Assembly: GCF_009914755.1 (NCBI RefSeq)
Contig: NC_060931.1
Source: the human T2T-CHM13v2.0 reference genome, Homo sapiens
Length of the DNA stretch: 64,000 nt
Reading direction: 5' to 3' (one strand)
Position numbers and translations under genes: made by a program. Within the stretch, counting starts at the first letter, position 1; each line of letters opens with the position of its first letter. Positions 16,554-30,539 of the stretch are shown piece after piece. A model generated the notes under the pieces. That model worked only from the letters and a program-made list of their open reading frames with translations, did not search any database and was not told where the DNA came from.

Positions 16554-18581
16554 CTGTAATTAAGAAGAAAGTAATTGTCTTATCTTTTCACACAGGAAAA
16601 GGATAATAAATCTAAAAGAAAAGAGTACATAAAAACTTTAATACAAAAATCAACAAATACTCATTAAATGCTTTCTACTAATTGCTTTGAAGAATATAAA
16701 GAGCACTCCATAAATGCAAGCATTAGTTATAGAAGCATTTTCACAAAAACCTCATGTTATTCTAGTTAATATACTCTGCTTTAAAAACAAATAAGCAAAC
16801 GACTCTAGAGCCCAAACACAGTGATTAATCTTAGCATCATTTACAGTAGAACAACCAGATTTTGTAACACAAAATTAAAGGGCCAGCATCATCTATGACG
16901 GTTGTTTTTTTTGGGAAGGGAGTGTAAGAGGGCGAACCTTTAATCTGAATCGAAACAATCTTTAATCTGAATCTGAAACAACAAGCTTTAGGTCTAACTT
17001 CCAAGTCACAGGAAATTCAGCAACTAGTGTAACAAGGTAATGGATGCCACATAACAGTAGAAGTTGTACTCTTTTAGCCTACAAGACTATTGTCTTGATT
17101 TATTTGAATCAAAGGTGGGAAAAAAACGTGGCAAGGGAGAGTAAACTGTTCTAGATTAAAAGGAATCTTAAGAGTCAACCACCAAAAGAACCCTGGTTCA
17201 AACAAACAAATTTTTCCAGTTTGAGGGTAACTAGTGATATGTGACCATGGTCTGGTATTAGATAATATTAATTGGATATTAGATAATATTTCAGAAATCT
17301 TGTTCATTTTGTATACAGAAAGTATTTTTTTGAGAGATTCATTCTAAATTATTAAGGACCATAATGTTCTAATAACTGTAGTTTACAATACTTTGAAAAC
17401 ATAAATATACTAAAATGTTATGATTTGGTAAACCTATGTAAACATATACCATATTTCATTGTTCTGTATTTTTCTGTATATGTGAAAATATGTACAATAA
17501 AAATATTTTAGTTCCTGAAACTTATGTAGAATCTTCAAGTCTAGGGAACATATTTGTAACATTCATTTAAATGAGCTCCTTTAAGTGGAAAAATAATATA
17601 TGTATGCTAGAATATAGGTATACTTCTCCTCCAGAATGGTAAAACGGCCCACAGCACTTTATTGTTGACATTGATGCCAGCAAGGTTGACAACTTGAATA
17701 TGCGCACATGAAATTAAATCCAGAAAACTTTATTATATTTCTAGCCATCAGAATGTAAGGAAACAAGTCAGAAATTTAGATATAACTTTTTAGAATAGTT
17801 AATGAAATTGTTTCATAACATATATACTATTTTAGAAAAATAAGTTACATCAATTATCTCCTAAAATCATGTTATCTAATTATAATGAGAAATGAAAAAT
17901 GAGTCTCCTTTTCAATTTATTACAAAAATAATGAAAAAAAAGGCAAAACGCTACTCCCAGAGACTTGGGAGTACAGGTAGAAAATCTGAGAAGTGATTAT
18001 CAGTGAACTGCCTAGAACTCATAATGTATTCAACACTGCTTTAAACTCCCTACAGTTTTACCAACCTACTTATCTTTTTTCTGTCCCACTTTCTATTCTC
18101 CTATGTGCAGACACTGTCCCTTTTTAGGGAGGACACATTCTACTGGGAGAACTCACTCTAACAAAATATCTCTTGGCTTTCCTGTAATAGTAGAACATCT
18201 CATGAAGAAATGTTCTGCAAGAACAGCTTTCCTCCCTCAACTCCCTGCAAAATTCCTCTTTTCTATACCTTTTCTGCTTCTGTATGCTACTGAAGTAACC
18301 ATTAATAATTTACTCTAACTAACCAAGGTGGTCTTCAAATGTAAATGGGAAGCATTCTCCAACATGAAAAACCCATGAGCCCTTCTTGAGAAACAAAAGT
18401 TACTTAATAACAAAATTCACTTAACCAGGAGATTAATGAAGAATCTTTAGTAAAAGGATTAAAGTAACTTACATTTAAGCCAGAAGACAGAACACTATCT
18501 CCTCAGTATCATCAGAATTTTCAATTTTTTCAAAACAAATATGTGTTAAATGCAATCTTATTATAATCTTGATTTACCTTC

Positions 18582-18935
18582 TGTATTAGTCTGTTTTCAC
18601 ACTACTGATAAAGACATACCCAAGACTGGGCAATTAACAAATAAAAGTGTTTTAATGAACTCACAGTTCCACATGCCTGGGGAGGCCTCACAATCATGGC
18701 AGAAGGTAAAAGGCAAGTCTCACATGGCAGCAGAGAAGAGAACTTGTGCAGGGAAACTCCCCTTAATAGAACTATCAGATTTCGTGAGAGGTATTCACTA
18801 TCACAAGAATAGGATGGGAAAGACTCACCCTCATGATTCAATTACCTCCCACCAGGTCTCTCCCACAATATGTGGGGACTGTGGAAGCTACAATTCAAGA
18901 TGAGATCTTGGTGGGGATACAGCCAAACTGTATCA
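18582..18935 (-). mobile_element. THE1 (THE1B-like) MaLR solo LTR
   Basis: THE1 consensus reverse complement; perfect 5-bp TSD ccttc at 18577-18581 and 18936-18940. Confidence 0.9.
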
Positions 18936-19117
18936 CCTTCCCCTGGCCAATAAAGATGCTTAACATCTCTGCATATTTTTATCAGTAGTATATATTGCCT
19001 CTTCTGTAGTATGTCCATTTACATCTTTTACCTACTTTGATGTTAAGGCATGTATACTTTCCTTACTGGTTTGAGAAATCCTTTATTCCATTTTTTAAAA
19101 AAATACTTAGGAATGCA

Positions 19118-19486
19118 TGATATGGTTCGGTTGTCTCCCCACCCAAATCACATCTTAAATTGTAGTTCCCATAATCCCCATGTGTCATGAGAGGGACCCA
19201 GTGAGAGGTAATTTAATCATGGAGGTGGTTACCCACATGATGTTCTTGTGATAGTGCGTTCTCACAAGATCTGATGGTTTTATAAGGGGCTTTCCCCCCT
19301 TTTGCTTGGCACTTCTCCTTGCTGCCACCATGTGAAGGACATGTGTGCTTCCTCTTCCACTGTGATTGCCAGTTTCCTGAGGCCTCCCCAGCCACAATGA
19401 ACTGTGAGTCAATTGAACAATTTTCCTTTATAAATAACCCAGTCTCAGGTATGTCTTTATTAGCAGTGTGAGAACGGACTAAGACA
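19118..19486 (+). mobile_element. THE1 (THE1C/D-like) MaLR solo LTR
   Basis: Starts TGATATGGTT...cccacccaaat; ends gaacggactaagaca. Confidence 0.88.
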
Positions 19487-20871
19487 TTTATTTATTTTTA
19501 TTGATACATACTAGATGTACATGTTTTGGGGGTACATGTGATAATCTGATACATTAATATAGTGTGTCAAGATCAAATCAGGGTAATTGGGATATACATC
19601 ATTTTAACCATTTATCTTTTATTTATGTTAGGAACATTCGAATTATCTTCCAGTTATTTTGAAATGTACAACAGATTATTAAGTATGCTTACTCAACGAT
19701 CAAACACTAGGTCTTATTTCTTCTAACTGAAAGTTGTACTCATTCATCAACCTCTCTTCCCAGTTTCCTTCCCCAAAACCTTCCTGGCCTCTGGTAATTA
19801 CCAATCTACTATCTTCATGAGATCCACTTTTTTAGCTCCACATATGACTGAGAACATGTGATGTTTGTCTTTCTCTGTCCGGCTTATTTCAATTAACATA
19901 AGGATTTCTAGGACTTCTAGGTTCATCCATGTTGTCACAAGCGACAGAATTTCATTCTCATTTTACAAATGTTCTGTAAATGTCAGTTAGGGCTGTGTAG
20001 TTTAACTCCAGTGTTTCCTTGTTGGTTTGTTATTATGTCTGAATGATCTGTCCATTACTGAGAGTGTGTTACTGAAGCTCCCCACTAATACTGAATTGCT
20101 GTCTCTCTCCCTTTAGGACTATTTTAAAAATTTAATTGATATGTATTAGGTGCACTATATTCAGGGTGGATGTGATAATTTAATACATTCATATAATTTA
20201 TAAAGTCAAATCAGTGTACTTGGGATATCCAGCACCTTAAATATTTATGTTAGAAAGATGTGAATTATTGTCTACTAGCTATTTTGAAATACACAACGGA
20301 TTAGTGTAAACTATATCCACCATGCTGATCTATCAAAAAAACGTGGTCTTATTTATTTTACCAAACTGTTCCCTTTAGATCTATTAATGTTTGCTTTATA
20401 TATCAGGGTGTTCCCGCATTGGTTAAATATTTATAATTGTTATATCATCTTGCTAAATTGACCCCTTTATCATTTTATAGTGACTTTGTCTCTTTTTACA
20501 GTCTTTGACTAGTAGCCTATTTTACATATGCATAGCTAGTCCAGATCCTTTTTGGTTTCCACTCGCATAAATGAAATACCTTTCCCCATCCCTTCATTTT
20601 CAAATTGTGTCTTTATAGATTAAGTAGGTTTCTTGTGGACAGCATATGGTTGGGTCTTGGTTTTCTTAATCCATTTAGCCATTCTGTGTCTTTAAGCTGA
20701 GAACTGAATCTATTTCTATTCTGTGTTAGTACTAATAATAACTTACCACTGCCCTTTTGTTGTTTCTTTAATGGCTGTTTTCTAACTTGTCTCCTCTTCT
20801 TTTCTTCCATTCTTACTGTTTTCCTTTGTGGCTAAGTGATTTTCTTTGTTAGCATGTTTTGATTTGTTGAT

Positions 20872-20907
<36 letters not shown>

Positions 20908-22421
20908 GAGACAAGGTCCTGCTCTGGTGCCCAAACTGGAGTGCAATGGCAGGATCACAGCTAATTGCAACCTCAAACTGCCAGGCTCCGGCAATCCTAT
21001 TGCCTTAGCCTCTTGCAGACCTAGGACTACAGGCACGAGCCACCACTACTGGTCTAACGCATTGCTTGTTATTTTTAGTGTATCTACAATAAGTTTTTCC
21101 ATTGTGGTTGGCATGAATTTTAAAAATCATCTTGTAAATACAACAAATTATTTTTAAAAGATGAAAACTTATTTTAGATAACAAAGAACAGAAACCAAGA
21201 GAAAACTAAAAAAAAAGCTCTACACTTTAATACATCCTCCACACATTTTGACTTTGTCTTAATTTACCTATTTTTATATTCCTTATCTCTCAACAGGCCG
21301 CAGTAGCTATCACAGTTTTTAACAGATTTTTCTCTTATGCTTCATACTAGAGTTATGAGTGAATTGCACACCACAATTACAGCATTAGAATATTCTTGGG
21401 AGGCCAGGTACAGTGGCTGAGGCCTATAATCCCAGCACTTTGGGAGACCAAGGCAGGCGGATCACTTAAGGCCACAAGTTTGAGACCTGCCTGGCCAAGA
21501 GGGCGAAACCCCAACTCCGTTAATAAAAATAAAAATTAGCCAGGTGCAGTGGTGCATGCCTGTAGTTCCAGCTACTCAGGAGGCTGAGGCAGGAGAATTG
21601 CTTGAACCCAGGAGGCAGAGGTTGCAGTGACCCAAGATCACACCACTGCACTCTAGTTTGGGTGACACAGTGAGACTCCGTCTCAGGGGGAAAAAAAAAG
21701 AATATTCTTGGGGACTGTGCACAGTGGTCCATGCCTATAATCCCAGCAGTTTGGAATGCCAAGGCAGGTGGATCGCTTGAGCCCAGGAGTTGAAGACCAG
21801 CATGGGCAACATGGTGAAACCCCATCTCTACAAAAAAATACAGAAATTAGCCAGGTGTGGTGGCACACACCTGTAATTCCAGCTACTTGGGAAGCAGAGG
21901 TGGGAGGATCGCTTGAGCCCACAAAGCAGAGGTTTCAGTGAGCTGAGATCATGCCACTGTACTCCAGCCGAGGCAATAGAACAAAACCCTCTCTAGGAAA
22001 AAAAAAAAAATGAATGAATATTAATGGTCTGTGTACTTACTTTAACTGGCCAGTTTTGCACCTTCAAATGTTTTCTTTTCACACGTTTTTTTCCTCCAGG
22101 TTGAAGAATTCCCTTTAGCGTTTCTTGTAAAATGGGTATGGTGTGGTGAATCCTCCTAGCTTTTGTCTAGGAAAGACTTTATCTGGCCTTCACATTTCAA
22201 GGGTATATTTGCTGGATACAGTATTCTTGGATGGCAGATTTTTTTTTTCATTCAGCCCTTTAAAAATGTCATCTAACTCCTTCCTGGCCTGTATGGCTTC
22301 TGTTGAGAAGTCTGTTGCCAGATGAATTGGAGTTTGTTTACATGTTACTTGATTCTTTTCTTCTGCTGCTTTTAGAATCCTTTCTTTATCCTTGCCCTTT
22401 TAGAGTTTGATTATTATATGC

Positions 22422-22988
22422 TGTGGGAAAGACAGTTTCTGGGGTGCCAGTTGAGTTGGTTTCCCCTGCATGAGACATTCATGGGAAGCCATGGGCGTCC
22501 TCTGAGGAGAAACGTCTCCTTATTGCCTTCATGTCTTTATGCCCTGAGAGCATAACCGCTCAGCGGCATTCCACAGGTTGCTCAGGGAGATAACACTCCT
22601 TGAAGCAGTGGAGTATAATCAAACATCTTGGCTCCTCCTGAAACCCACTCCCACCTGTTTCAGTCCCGATAAGTTAAAGATCTTAAGTAGTTTAGACACA
22701 CACCTTTACTCAAGGAAATTCACAGAAACCACCACTGCTACTCACGAGTTCCTTCACTGATTAATCCTTTTCCTCATCCCTTCCTATCCCTCCCATCTTC
22801 CCTAAGAACAAAGAGCTTGTAAACCAATAAATTGGGTGGAGCCCAAGAGTTCTGGGCCGTGAGCAAGCCTCCGATGCTCTGGTCCCCTGGATGCGCCTTT
22901 TAAGCGCTTATTCTGTCTTTTTCTAACTCCTTTGTCTCCGCCAGACTTGGGGTACCCACTGGGTGGTGTGCGGCTGGTTTTCCCAACA
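22422..22988 (+). mobile_element. ERVK solo LTR, LTR14-like
   Basis: TG...CA termini, TSD tatgc on both sides, AATAAA at ~22826; family from recalled consensus. Confidence 0.75.
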
Positions 22989-24185
22989 TATGCCTTAGGG
23001 AAATCTTATTTGGATCAAATCTGTTTGTTGTTCTCAGACCTTCCTATAACTGGATAGTTATATCTTTCTCAAGTTTGGGAAAGTTTTCTGTTATTATTTC
23101 TTTGAATAAGTTTTCTACCTCAACTCCCTCTTGAACACCAATAATTCTTAAGATTTGGTCTTTTGAAGTAATTTTCTGTATCTTGTAGGTAATCTTCATT
23201 CCTTTTCATTCTTTTTATTCTCCTCTGTGTGTTTTCAAATAGCCTGTCCTTTAGCTCACTGATTGTTTTCTCTGCTTGATCCATTCTGCTGTTCACAGTA
23301 TCTAATCAAATTTTTAGTTGACAAATGTATTGCTGAGTTCCAGATTTCATTTTTAAAAACAATTTCAATCTGTTTAATTTCTTTGATAAATTTCTGGAAT
23401 TTTTTTTTGTTTTATCTTGGAGATCACTAAGTTTACTTAAAACTGCTATTTTAAATCCTTGGTTGGAGAGCTCATGTACTGTGTCTCTTTAGGATCAGTC
23501 ATTGGAGTTTTGCTATGTCTTTTTGGGGAGGTCACTGTTCCCTATTTGTTATTTCCTATAGATTTATGTCCATATCTTTGCAATGAATAATTCATTTATT
23601 CCAGTCTTTTTGGTCTGGATTGTTTTGGTGTTTACTGGGCATGTTTGCTTAGACACTCTTTGTAATTTATCTGTTGAATATTGTTTCCCACTAGGTCACT
23701 GCCTCCTTTTTGGTACTAGGTGGCACTTTAAGCACAGGATTGTCTCAGCTTTAGTAAGCAATCTAAATGCTGCCTGTCCTGAACAGGGGAAATCACAGAG
23801 AATGTATCACAGCAGTGTGAGAAGGATGGTTAGGCATTTCTGCCTAGGGGACCTGTGGAACATACCTCTTACATTGTGGTGTTGCTGAACAGCCACTATG
23901 ATTTGGCATCTCCTTTGGTTCAGTTATAGAGCAGAGTTTGCAAGGTCAGGGATGGTGGTACCACCTCCCCACCTTTTACTCTGCCTGCCCTGAGCAATAT
24001 TTCTACCTTCAGGCACTGCCAATGCTTCCAATGAGTCGAGGGAGGAGGAATTCTCCTGAAAGGGAACCCGAGATGATAGGGAAGCTGGCTGTCCACCTCA
24101 ATCTCACAACTTCCAGTATAGAAACCATGAATTAAAGGGAACTATTCTGTGCACTTGGTGCCAGAAGACTCGGAGGAAAAGTATC

Positions 24186-24975
24186 TGTGATACTCTCAAA
24201 CCGTGTTTTTCCTCTGCTCTCACACCAGAAGAATCAACAAAGAATTATCTGACCAAATGTTTGGGGGTGAGGAGTTCCCCCTACCTATATGCAGTGGACC
24301 CTGCCACCTTGATATCCTTCAATTTAATTCTGACACTACCTACCTGGAAATAAGAATCTGATCCCACAGGTTGAGGGCTGTCTCCAAGACTGCCTCCCCA
24401 CCTTCAGTCAGAAGTCCATGCCTCCAGAACTTCTTACTAATCAGATTCGAGTTGGGGTTCCCACAACTCCCTCTTTGGGTTTGAACAATTTGCTAGAGTG
24501 GTTCACAGAACTCAGCAAAACAGCTTTTCTGGTTCCTTATAAATGATATCGCAAAGGGAACGGGTGAAGAAATGTACAGGGCAAGGTATAGGGGAAGGAG
24601 GTGGTGCTTCCATTCCCTTCCTGGGCATGCCACCCTGCAGGAACCTCAACATATTCAGCTATCCAGAAGCTCTCTGAACCCTGTCCTCTCAGGTTTTTAT
24701 GAAGGCTTCATGATGTAGGCCTACTTAATTAAACCACTGGTCATTAGTGATCAACTTGACCTTCAGCTCCTCTCCTCTCCCCAAAGGTTTCAGGGTACAG
24801 CTGTAAGTCCCAAACTTCTAATCATGCCTTCATTTTTCTGGTGACCAATCCTACCCTAAAGCTATCAGTCAGTATTAGCATACAAAAATATAGGACTTTG
24901 GAGATTCTAAGGATTTTAGGAGCTGTACATCAGGAAATGGAAATGAAAGCCAAATATATATTTCACAATATCAGA
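24186..24975 (-). mobile_element. MER21 LTR
   Basis: Right end is the reverse complement of the MER21 start (tgatattgtgaaatatatatttgg). Confidence 0.75.
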
Positions 24976-25156
24976 CCATCTGCTTAGAGTTTTTTTCATT
25001 TATCTGTGGCTCTGAAAGCTGCCTCATCCTATTTGAGTTCTGGGATATTGCTGGTGGTAATCTTGGCACTGTATATTTGTTTTCAGTTTTCTGTTAAAGA
25101 GAATGAAGCCAACTTGCTTCTACACCACCATTTTGGAATTGAAAACTCGCCCCTCT

Positions 25157-25474
25157 GGCTGGGTGTGGTGGCTCATGCCTGTATTCCTAGCACTTTGGGG
25201 GGCCGAGTGAGGCAAACTGCTTGACCTCAGGAGTTTCAGACCAACCTGGGCAATGTGGTGAAACTCCATCTCTAGAAAAAAATACAAAAAATGAGCTAGG
25301 TGTAGTGGTGTGCACCTCTAGTCCCAGCTACATGGGGGTGCTGAGATGGGAGGATCACTTGAGCCTAGGAGGTCAAGGCTGCAGTGAGCCTATATCATGC
25401 TATTGCATGCCAGCCTGGGTGTCAAAGTGACAAAGTGAGACCCTGTTCCAAAAAAAAAAAAAATCCAAAAAAAA
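25157..25474 (+). mobile_element. AluJ
   Basis: Alu dimer; TSD-like aaaactcgcccct/aaaacctctcccct. Confidence 0.85.
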
Positions 25475-26352
25475 CCTCTCCCCTTTATTCTATTTCAGTT
25501 CGTACCCCCTTTTTTTCTGGTTTCCTTTACTCACTAATTATTCTGAAATTCATTCATTTTATTACATGCATTGATACTTGGTTCCTTTCCACTTCTGAAT
25601 ACTATTCCATTACATAAATATACTACAATTTATCCATTTATCTGTTGATGAAAATCTGGGTTGTTTCAAGTTAGGGCCTATTACAAATAAAGCAACTATG
25701 ATTATCTGTTTAAATCTTGAGTAAATACATAAGTAGAATAGCTGGATCAAATGGTAAATGTATGTTTAACGTTTAAAGAAATTCAGAAAATGTTTTCCGA
25801 AGCCGTTGAACCATTTTACACACCCACCAGCACTATATGCAAGTTCCAGTTGCTTCACATCCTTAACAACACTTGGTATGGTCAGTTTTAACATTTTATT
25901 CCTTTGAATATATGAATCGTGAAATCTCATTGTGGTATTACTTTGCATTTTTCTAAGGAATTGTTATGTTATGCATAACAATTATATCTTCTTTGGAGAA
26001 ATATATCTTCTTTGGAGAAATAGCTATTTAGATCCTTTGGTCATTTTTAAATTGGGTCATCTTCTTACTGAGTTATAATAATTCTTCATATTTTTTGGAT
26101 ACTAGATCCTTACCAGATATATTAGATGCAAAATAGCTTATTTTGTGGGCTGTCTTTTCACTTTCTTCATAGTGTTCTTCAACATACAAAAGTTTTAAGT
26201 CTAGACAAAGCTCAATTTGCCTATTTTTTCTGTTGTTGGCCTTCTGAAGCAAAGGACAAAAATGATAAAACGTCACTTTCAAGATTAACTTATAAAAGAC
26301 TGTGATGTCCACTAAAGCAGACTCTGCTTTCTTCACTAGCTTTATCTGATGA

Positions 26353-27139
26353 TGATAGGGACAAGAGGCAGATAAATTCTGGGCATAAGAGGGCAGATCC
26401 CCAGTGAGGACCCCACCCTCAAGCCTGGAATTGCAGCCCAAAGTGAGAACTTAGATCCCTGTTTTCCCACTTGAATGTTGCCTTTTCCAAAACTACCTAT
26501 GACCTGCCCCACCCTCATCCTGTGCCCATAAAAACCACAGGCTCAGCCAGCACAGGGAAGAGAAGAAGCAGCCGAATGTCTGAGAGAAGCAGCTTACTTC
26601 AGAGTGATGGCTTGATGGTGTAACTTTGGAGATGGGTCTGGCTGGGGACGGCCGGACCTTAGGGTAAGATTAGCTTCCTGCTCCAACCCCTTTTCAGCTC
26701 CCCTTCTTGCTGAGAGCCACTTTCATCAGCAATAAAACTCCCTGCATTTACCATATTGAAGTTGTTCGTGTGACCTCATTCCTCCTGGATGCCCGACAAG
26801 AACTCAGGTGCCACACATGAACGTGTAAAAGGCCATCACACTGACCCTCATAAGCTGCTAACACTTAAGCTGTCCGTGGATGGCAAAACTGAAAGGGCAC
26901 TGTATCATTTCCTCTGGGGCTTCAGGGGTCACAGGCATCCCTCTCCTAGATGCTGCCACAGGGCCGGTACAGTTTGCTCTTGCTGGCGCCCAAAAGCACT
27001 CGCCCTAGCTTCTGCATCCACTCACCTGCACTCCCCATCATGTGAGGGGTGGAACAGCGAGTGAGTAGAGTTTGCCCCTGCCGGTGCTCATGCACTCCAG
27101 TTCCCATGCATGAAGGCGTCAGGGAAATACCGTGATTCA
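26353..27139 (+). mobile_element. MER50-family ERV1 solo LTR nested in an MLT1 LTR (~26240-27490)
   Basis: TGATAGGGACAAGAGGCAG...CA termini; 4-bp TSD atga; MLT1 3' end gttatacagcaa to the right. Confidence 0.78.
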
Positions 27140-28592
27140 ATGATACAGGCTGCCATGCTGTGAACTGCCCTATGTGGAGGCCCATTCGGGCAACAAAAAC
27201 AGCCTCCAGATAATAGCATTGAACTGAGGCCCTTCAGACCAACAAGCCAAAGGAAAGTGAATCTTGCCAACAACCCCTAGTGAGCTTTAAATTAGATCCC
27301 TCCCTGGTTGAGCCTTGAGATAAATGCAACCTCAGCCAACACCTTCACTGCACTGTCCTGAGAGATCCTGAGCTTGCTTAACTAAGCTGCATCCAGATTC
27401 CTGACACACAAAAACTGTGAGATAATAAAGATTAGTTATTTTAAGATAACTACATTTTGGAATAATTTGTTATACAGCAACAGGTAGTATCTATTGAGAT
27501 GATACATACGGTTTTTCCTTTTTGGTCTGGTTACATGGTGATTTACACTGCTTGATTCCTGGAATAAACCTCCATTTACTCATGATGTTTTATCCTTTGT
27601 ATATAGAATTGGTTTTCATTTGTTAAATTTTTGCTAAGAATTTAACCATCTATGTTTATTAGGGATGCTGATCCATAATTTTTTGTATCATCTTTGCCTT
27701 TCTTAAAATGCACATGTGAGAGAATTCACCAGTGAAGCTATCCAGACCTGGAGTTTTCTTTAGTAGATATAAGAATATTTAGGTTATTTCTTCTCCTGTA
27801 AGCTTTGACAGTTAGTGTACTTCAAGTAATTTGTCCATTTCATTTAAGTTGTTGAATTTATCAGCATAAGGTTGTTCATAATATTACTTTGTTGTCATTT
27901 TAACATCCATTGGTTCTGTAGTTGTGTACCTTTCACTAATTTATTAAAGATCTTAATAAATGAAGAAATATTACCATTTCATAGACTGGAAGAATAAATG
28001 CTATAAAGATATAAATTCTTCCAAATTTATCTATAGATTCACAGGAATCATAACCTCTTACTTAATCTTCTTACATAATCTTCTTACTTTTGTGGGTTTG
28101 ACAAACTCTTTTCCAAAACTTACATGGAAGTAGAAAATGGCAAGAACTACCTAAAGTTTTGAGATGCAGCTAAAGCAGCATTTACAATGAAATTTATAGC
28201 ATTACATGCTTGTATTAGAGAAGGCCTAAAATTAACTATCTAAGCTAAAAACAAAAGAGCAAATTAGAACCAAAAGAAGAAGAAATGAAAATAAAAACCA
28301 ATAAAATTGAAAGCTGAAAAACAATAGGAAAAAACAATAAAAGCTGGTCCCTTGAGGCAAAAGAATAAAAAATAAATAAACGTCCAGTCAGATGATAGAG
28401 GAAGAAGAAAACCTTTGACAACATCCCACACCCACCATGACTGAAAGGCTTGAGCAAGCCTTTCAATCCTTTTCAATGAAAGGGAAATTCCTCGGTTTGA
28501 TAAGAACCATTTACTACTCTCATCATTTCTATTCAACAAAGTACTGAAGAATTTAGCCAGTACAATAAAGCAAGATAAACAAATTAAATGCA

Positions 28593-28756
28593 GGCTGGGC
28601 ACAGTGGCTCACGCTTGTAATCCTAGCACTTTGGGAGGTCGAGGCTGGCGGATCATCTGAGGTCAGGAGTTCAAGACCAGCCTGGCCAACACAGTGAAAC
28701 CCTGTCTCTACTAAAAATACAAAAATTAGCTGGGCATGGTGGCAGGCGCCTGTAAT
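28593..28756 (+). mobile_element. 3'-truncated AluS
   Basis: Left arm and linker, ending abruptly at cctgtaat. Confidence 0.85.
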
Positions 28757-29316
28757 TTAAAGTGAACACACTTAGGATGTCTTCAAGGGCCTGATAATGC
28801 TGAATTTACCCTGGTTTCCCAGCCCACAGTCACCTGAGACATTAACTACAGTTCCACAGCCACTAACCAATCCTATCCTTTCATGCACTTAGCCTGCAAA
28901 ACTAAGAATTTAACCTTACATATAACCTTAAGCCCTCCAATTCACCAGGATAGTGAGACTATGAAATGTGAAAATTAATAAAAATAGATCAGAACACATT
29001 TCAGAAGACGACATATCAATAGTTGGCAAATGAATCAAACAGGAATGATTATACCCAAATGAGCAGGAGATAAAGGATGAATCTAAGCTAGGTTTGCTAT
29101 GGACAGGAAAAAATAATTGCTGAGCCAGGTGAAGAGGCTTAGGCAAAAGAAAGAAAAAAAAAGTGATAAGTACTACAAAATTAATTTGTCTAGATTCTAG
29201 AACAAAAAATTTATATTTGGGTATGTGTGAGGTAATCTGAAAGATCAGATTAGGTCTCTGATAATCACAAAAAGTTGTGGAGTAGACTGAACAATATTAT
29301 CTTCATTTATAGATAA

Positions 29317-29642
<326 letters not shown>

Positions 29643-30539
29643 AGAAAGGTTAACATTTGCCCATGGTCACAAAACTAGTTAGGGACAGGGCCAGCAATGA
29701 ATAAAATTCATTTCTCTTGATTCACAGCCACATATTCATTTAATTAGATCATGATTCTGCTCAATGTTCTCCAATTTTGCCTAATATAACTCTTGAACAA
29801 AGTTTCTCACCATAAATAACCCTGCCCCCATTCACTTCTTCTTAAATGTCTACCCTTCCTCTGAAGAAATGTTTTCAAGCATATTTTCAAGATCTACTTT
29901 AAGACAAACCCTACCCTCTTACCAACAGACCTGATTACTGGACAATAAAAAGGAGGTTTCTATCCTTACTGACTACAGCCATATCCTTTCTGTGGCTACT
30001 AACAGATTTAGGTTCCAGTAATATTTTAAAAACTAACCTTGGATAATAGATTAGAAAATTACTAACTATTGCATAAAGCGGACTTCCTGCTTATTTATTG
30101 CTTGGAATTACCATCTTCAGTGCAGTCGAGGGTGAGTCTAACCGCATAGGGTGCAACTATGTTACTGTCCTTCCTCTTCACGGCAAATAAGACACACAAT
30201 TCATCTTTCACAAGACCATAAAATGGGACTTCCTTTTTTAAAAAAAAGTTCCTCAATAGAAGCATGCTTAAAAATCTTTCCCACATCCTCTAAACCTTCC
30301 AAAGATCCAGTCTTCCCTTCATTATACTTTCCTACAATAACAAATTTTTTTGAAAGAGTACACTCAACCTGTCTGAACTTCAAGATTATAATTTTTATCT
30401 AGTACTGTACTTATCTCTGCCACCTACTCAAATTACCCTTAAGGAAACCAAGGATACCTGAAACGCCAAAATCAAATACTTATTTTTCAAGTCTTAACCT
30501 TATCTGTCCTGGGGATGAAGGAACTGGTGCAGTGTTCAC

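Larger units (their letters stand above)
19487..25140 (-). mobile_element. Fragmented L1MA-type element hosting Alus (~20880-21055 minus; 21402-21699 and 21711-22010 plus), an LTR14-like LTR and MER21
   Basis: T-rich L1 3' end at 19487 followed by antisense ORF and 5'UTR-like text. Confidence 0.7.

Noticed and set aside
25983-26021. 19-bp tandem duplication inside old L1
   Set aside because: Ordinary slippage in repeat sequence
30095-30402. Three overlapping short ORFs in apparently unique intron 1 sequence
   Set aside because: No recognisable domain or convincing splice sites
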